In this document: piece after piece, positions 59,169 through 64,000 of the stretch
Position numbering within the stretch: position 1 is the first letter of the stretch
Layout of the letters: each line of letters begins with the position of its first letter
Made by a program: the position numbers and the translations under genes
The notes under the pieces: model-generated
The model's database searches: none
Told to the model about the DNA's origin: nothing
What the model saw: the letters and a program-made list of their open reading frames with translations, nothing else
Source of the DNA: Coniocarpon cinnabarinum
Lineage: Eukaryota
Assembly: GCA_051942205.1 (NCBI GenBank)
Contig: JAVECO010000074.1
Coordinates: 1 to 64,000, forward strand
Direction: 5' to 3'
DNA: 64,000 nt

Positions 59169-61292
59169 TCAATTCACACCCACCACGCCTCTCCGCCCAT
59201 CCATCCCCAAACCTGGCCTCTCATCCACAAAAGCCATCTCCCCATTCGGACGATCGCGCTCCAACTCTTTCCGAATGTCGGTTTCCCTCGTATCGTCAAA
59301 CGAGAAGTGCTCAGGATACTCGCGCACATGGACGCCATTCACCTTCCCGTGTTCTGGCTCGTAAGGACCAGACTCGTCCATATGCTCATTCATCATGTGT
59401 TCTCGTGAACGCGAAAGGTCGTTGAAATGCGCGTCACCGCCTGCATTGTTCTCACGACGGCCATTGAGCCGATCCAGAGCGGCCTCGGACTGACTTGCTT
59501 CACGGCTGCCCCATCGCGCGAGACCGGACCCGAATGTAGAAGGACCCCGTGCCCAAGGATTTCGACCCATAAACTCTTCAGCGCCGCTCATTTCTTCGTT
59601 CGCAATACGAGCGGCATAGCTCATTTCACGAGCACTGCGGCCATTGACGGGTGCACTGGTTGCTGAAAGCGCTGCTGTTTGTGCAGACAGATTTGAAAAG
59701 GGCAGGTGATTCGAAGCCGATATGGCGGAGTGAGGAATACCCGAGTGAGGATTCGACGAGGGCTGAGGCGTCGCAAGGGAACCATTGATGAGCGGCGTGG
59801 AGGTAGTGAGATGGGAGAGATGCGAATGTGACGGCGTCATGGCCAAGGCGAAATGAGTGCGGTCGAGGGCTACCTGTTGACGCATGGTGCGAATACGGCG
59901 GAGATCGTCGTCTTTGTCGAGTTGACGCGCCGACTCGAGGTCGGGCGCCGCAGGGAAGCCCTCATGGCGAGCAAGGCCTGAAAGGAGGCTGACTTCCTTG
60001 TTGTAGCCCTGTTGCATCTTGATTTGCCCGGGGCGGCGCTCAGGGAATCTGTAAATGTAGTGAGGATCTCTGCTCTTGAAACGACGGCGCTCACGTTGGA
60101 GCCCGCAGAAGTGGGTGTTCATCTTGGAAAGGTGCTCTTCACGGATCTGACGCACGGCTTGCACATACTGGCTGTGTGCAATGGCGCGATCAGCCAAAGC
60201 TTTCCGTTCCAATGCGCCTGCTTTGTACTGCAGCTCCACTTCAGCCATGCGGATTTTGTCGTTGCGACGTGCGTCAATGCAAGCACGACGAGCGAGAAAG
60301 TCTGGGTGTGTGATTGTGTGCGCTGGGAGCTGAAGCGAAGCAATTTCCGCCGACAAGCCAGCAAGCCGCTCATCGAATAGCTTATCGCGCAGTATCGCGA
60401 AGAGATTTTCAATGGGTTTGAGGTCATCCAAGGCAGCCGTCTTGCGAAGCGCTTCATCTTCTGTCTTTGCGGCGGCATCGTCCGCATCTTGATCTTGTTC
60501 CGCTTCTCGCTCTTCAACACCGGCGTCTGCGGTCGCGAGTTTGTTCTCAGCCGAACCATCTGGTTCGGCTGTGGGCTGCACGGCCTCATCGCTAAGTTGA
60601 TCGTCTTCATCTGCTTGCGCTTCCTCAGCAGTGCTGGCGACTAACTCAATCTGCTCGTTGAGGCCTTCTCTGGAGGAGGGTCGTGTGTCATCCTCAGACG
60701 AAATCTGGGCTGCATCCTCATCCTCTTGTGCTTCATTGTTTTCGACTGATGTGTGGTGCGGAAGAACTGGCCGTCGCTCTGGGGCCAAGATGTTGCTCCG
60801 CACAGATGCGCTGCGTTTTTTGGCGAGCGGCGCATCCTCCTCGCTCTCCTCAAGGTCGCTGAGAGAGCTGCTTCTCTTCCTTTTCCGAGGACTCTCGAGT
60901 GGTACCTCTTTCTCAGCTTCGCGAAACGCAGGTTCAATGACTTCTGCAGGAACGGGCAAATCGTCCATATCCTGCTCAGGCACATCTTCAATGGCTTCTT
61001 CCGCAAGATTTTCTGCCTCTTGAAGCTGTTCGACAGCTGCAGCGTCACCTAGTAAGTCTAGACCGCTTAGCTGTCGTGTGTGCAACTCCCGCGCTTTTTG
61101 TGGGGATGGGTCTATGCGTTCGGTGGAAGCTTCAGTGTCATTGTCGAGCACGTCGTCGCCCTCGGACTCGCGGTTGTAGTCTTGCTGGTCATCTGGCATG
61201 TCTTCCAGCTCGCTCAAGCTACTGGAGCCAGCTTCGCTAACCTGTTCGGAAGCTTGCGCTTGTTCTTGTGCTTGGCTCTGTTGAGCCAGCAT
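59169..61292 (-). CDS. DEP1: Sds3-like family Rpd3L histone deacetylase complex subunit Dep1
   Basis: Acidic N-terminus (SSSLSELED, NDTEASTERID); Sds3-like core LRDKLFDERLAGL...THPDF...HSQYVQAVRQIRE...GFPAAPDL. Confidence 0.8.
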   Translation of the reverse strand: MLAQQSQAQEQAQASEQVSEAGSSSLSELEDMPDDQQDYNRESEGDDVLDNDTEASTERIDPSPQKARELHTRQLSGLDLLGDAAAVEQLQEAENLAEEAIEDVPEQDMDDLPVPAEVIEPAFREAEKEVPLESPRKRKRSSSLSDLEESEEDAPLAKKRSASVRSNILAPERRPVLPHHTSVENNEAQEDEDAAQISSEDDTRPSSREGLNEQIELVASTAEEAQADEDDQLSDEAVQPTAEPDGSAENKLATADAGVEEREAEQDQDADDAAAKTEDEALRKTAALDDLKPIENLFAILRDKLFDERLAGLSAEIASLQLPAHTITHPDFLARRACIDARRNDKIRMAEVELQYKAGALERKALADRAIAHSQYVQAVRQIREEHLSKMNTHFCGLQRERRRFKSRDPHYIYRFPERRPGQIKMQQGYNKEVSLLSGLARHEGFPAAPDLESARQLDKDDDLRRIRTMRQQVALDRTHFALAMTPSHSHLSHLTTSTPLINGSLATPQPSSNPHSGIPHSAISASNHLPFSNLSAQTAALSATSAPVNGRSAREMSYAARIANEEMSGAEEFMGRNPWARGPSTFGSGLARWGSREASQSEAALDRLNGRRENNAGGDAHFNDLSRSREHMMNEHMDESGPYEPEHGKVNGVHVREYPEHFSFDDTRETDIRKELERDRPNGEMAFVDERPGLGMDGRRGVVGVN

Positions 61293-62180
61293 GATTGCTG
61301 GGCCAGCCGCTGTATAGGCAGAGAACCCGTGATTGCTCGGTTCAGAGCTTGATATGGTTTGTTGGGGAAGAGAGACTGGAGAGAAATTTCTGATGGCGGG
61401 ACAGCGTTCTTAACAGTAGCAAATCTGCGCTGAGATGTCAGTTTCTAGCCGAGAGTCATTTTCGTCTTTCGCCTGGCAATCAAATTGAGTCTGAAGTTTC
61501 ATGAGGGCCAAATAGTGGCTCGCTGGCTTTGACAAGACCAATTCCCCATAAGTTTCAAAGTGCCATTGGAGGTGCACACATACTATAGAGATGGTCAGGA
61601 GAAGCTTCGGCCCATCGCAATGGCGCTTTCCAGATTTCGAGCTGCTTGACCGGAAATCGGAGAAGGGTGGTCCGCCCAAGCGTATTCAGCTGCAAGAAGC
61701 AACCGCCGATCTCAATAGATATGATAATGTAGACGATGCATGGAATGCTTTCGATAAGGCGACAGGTGTATGCCTACCCGTGAACAGGTTGTTCAGCCGA
61801 AGTGGCTGGGATCGTTTGTCTGGATCTGTGCGGCGGACAAGAGGTTTGGGACTAAGGATGTTAAGAGGTGGGTGAGCACTAATAACGGCTTATTGAGCAG
61901 TGGGAGCAGTCGCCGAAGCTGAGCGCAGGACACGGTGAGTTCTTGGGCAGAATGGAGTACGAAGAGAGTGGGAATGGTGGTAGAGAGAGTGTGCACGGCG
62001 AAGAGCAGCTCGCGCTCGAAGGAGAGTTGCTGCAACTCACCCACGCGGGCGCAATTCCGCACAACGTCAGAATTATCGATTGGCTCGAAACCACGTGATT
62101 CTTTCTGAGGACGAGCTGACATATCGTGAGACAGGTAGCTTCGAGCCAGTAATACCCTTTGCAAAGAGCACTCTGTTTAG

Positions 62181-64000
62181 ATGGCAAAGGGGAAGAGTCA
62201 AAAAGCCCACAGAGGCCCCACAGAGCATCTTCAAAGAGAGACTCGAGATGATAGTGCATTACCTGGTCTTTTTGCAAGCAACCGATCCAAGCTTGACCCT
62301 ACGCTTTCGTTGCTCTTCTCAGCCAGCGTGAGTCCTCATCTGAGCTTTCAATCGTTTTCAATCGCGGGCAGAAGCTGATATATTGCAGTCTGGCCCCATA
62401 GAACTTCCAAAAAAGCGAAGACACCTTTCACCAGAAGCCGGCAGTCCACCTGAAGCTGAGGATCTCCGCGAAGAAAAATCAGAAGACGATCCTGTTGAAG
62501 ATGATGGTGAAGAAGTTGAAACCTCAGCGGAAGACGAAGACGAAGACGAAGACGAAGATGAAGAAGTCCACGAAGTGGTGGAAAGTTCGATTTCAAGGAC
62601 TCCTCTTGAGAACAACAAACCAGATACTGCTGTTCAACAAGGTTCAGAGGAGCTCCAAGATAACGGCAGAAAACGCAAGCGAAAACGAAATGAGGATAAT
62701 CTGGAGGCCTCATACTTCCAAAAGCTTGCAGACGAGGAACGAGAGGACGAGAGAAGGCTTCAGTCGGATAGGCAGACCAAGCAGCAAGCCCTGCAGCAGG
62801 ACATTCCGGCAGATGAGCGACATGCGGACTTGCAAGAGGACAACGACGACGACAACAACAACAACAACAACGAAGCTCTTTCGCCTCCGCCACAGCACGA
62901 AACTCTAGAGAACGATCCAGCTTCAAAGACACAATCTGAACTTGACAAAGCGGCCCGAACTGTTTTCCTGGCGAATGTGTCCATCACTGCAATTACATCT
63001 GCAAAAGCTCGAAAGGAGCTGTTGGCCCATCTCTCATCCCACTTTTCCACGTCAACGAACACTGATATCCCTCACAAGATCGAGTCGTTTCGTTTCCGCA
63101 GCACCGCCTACTCGTCGGCTTTACCCAAGAAAGCCTCTTTCACGCGCGGCGAGCTCAACGAGGCAACGTCTCACAGCACAAACGCATATTGCGTATACAG
63201 CACCAAAAACGCCGCGCGAGAAGCCGCTCGTCGCCTCAACGGTACGATAGTACTGGGTCGACATTTGCGCGTGGATGAGGTCGCGCACCCTATGAAAACT
63301 GACCACCGCCGCTGCGTATTCGTGGGCAATCTCGGCTTCGTGGACGACGAGACCGAGATGAAAGCTGCTTTGGCCAAATCAGAGCATCCTGAAGACAAGA
63401 AGAAAGCGCAGTTAAAAGCATTGAAGGGCGATGTTGAGGAGGGACTATGGGTCCAGTTCTCGAAGGCAGGTCCGATTGAAAGCGTTCGTGTTGTTCGTGA
63501 CCCACAGACGAGGGTCGGGAAGGGCTTTGCGTATGTGCAATTCAAAGACGAGAACGCTGTCGAGAGTGCGCTCTTGTTCAACGATAAGAAGTTCCCTCAC
63601 ATGCTGCCACGAAAGCTCAGAGTCGTACGGTGCAAGAAGCCCAGTCAGACGGCCTTGGCTCTGGACAAGAACCGAAAACGCACAAAAGAGGTCGAGAAGT
63701 CGGAGAGAGCCGCATCGCGCACGAAACGGCAATCAGCGGCCACTGGTGCGAACAAGATCAAGCCCGATGAGCAAGCACGCCAGGGTCGACTGAAGAAAAT
63801 GCTGGGCAAAGCTGGTGTTGCAGAAATGCGCGCTGCCGATAAAGCTGGCAGAAGCAAGAGCAACGCTGGTGTAAACGGGGCACTGAGACCTGGATCGATG
63901 GTGTTTGAAGGGCATCGTGCGACGAGCAGCGAAGGAAATAGAGGCTTGAAGCTTGGTGCTACGAAGCGTAAGAAAGATAGAGGGCAGGTCAAAAAGCGAA
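62181..64000 (+). CDS. NOP12: Nucleolar protein 12 (two RRMs), runs off the window end
   Basis: Exon 62181-62327, intron 62328-62388, exon 62389 to end. Motifs LDPTLSLLFSAS, RTVFLANVS, IESFRFRSTAY, HLRVDEVAHP, RCVFVGNLGF, VRVVRDPQTRVGKGFAYVQF. Confidence 0.95.

Noticed and set aside
61591..61875. 94-aa plus-strand ORF between DEP1 and NOP12
   Set aside because: Lies in the divergent promoter / probable DEP1 5' UTR intron; no motif support.
1..64000. CRISPR arrays, rRNA genes, intact transposons or secondary-metabolite backbone genes
   Set aside because: None seen; the clear tandem repeats are coding repeats or microsatellites.

Overview
64 kb of gene-dense genomic DNA from a filamentous ascomycete (Pezizomycotina-like, with short GT-AG introns and CTRAC branch points). 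Recognisable genes are AMP deaminase, PI-phospholipase C, SED5, CWC25, CSN2, an otubain-like deubiquitinase, a She3-like coiled-coil protein, DEP1 and NOP12 (partial). The window also holds an intron-containing tRNA-Pro(AGG), a PIR-repeat GPI cell-wall protein, an alpha/beta hydrolase and a 91-aa cupin. The most interesting region is a compact co-oriented module at 19.3-26.4 kb. It comprises a hidden 4-exon 74-aa gene that is absent from the ORF track, a CorA-like two-TM protein that has lost the GMN Mg2+ motif, and a Ser/Thr kinase-vWA(MIDAS) fusion. I infer this may be an undescribed fungal immunity/allorecognition or cell-death system. Other notable items are a large low-complexity gene with a probable intron-retention isoform switch, several stop-interrupted gene-like segments, three orphan membrane-protein genes, an AT-rich RIP-like relic beside the tRNA, and candidate GC-AG introns. 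All gene models were built by eye and family calls come from motif recognition, not database searches.
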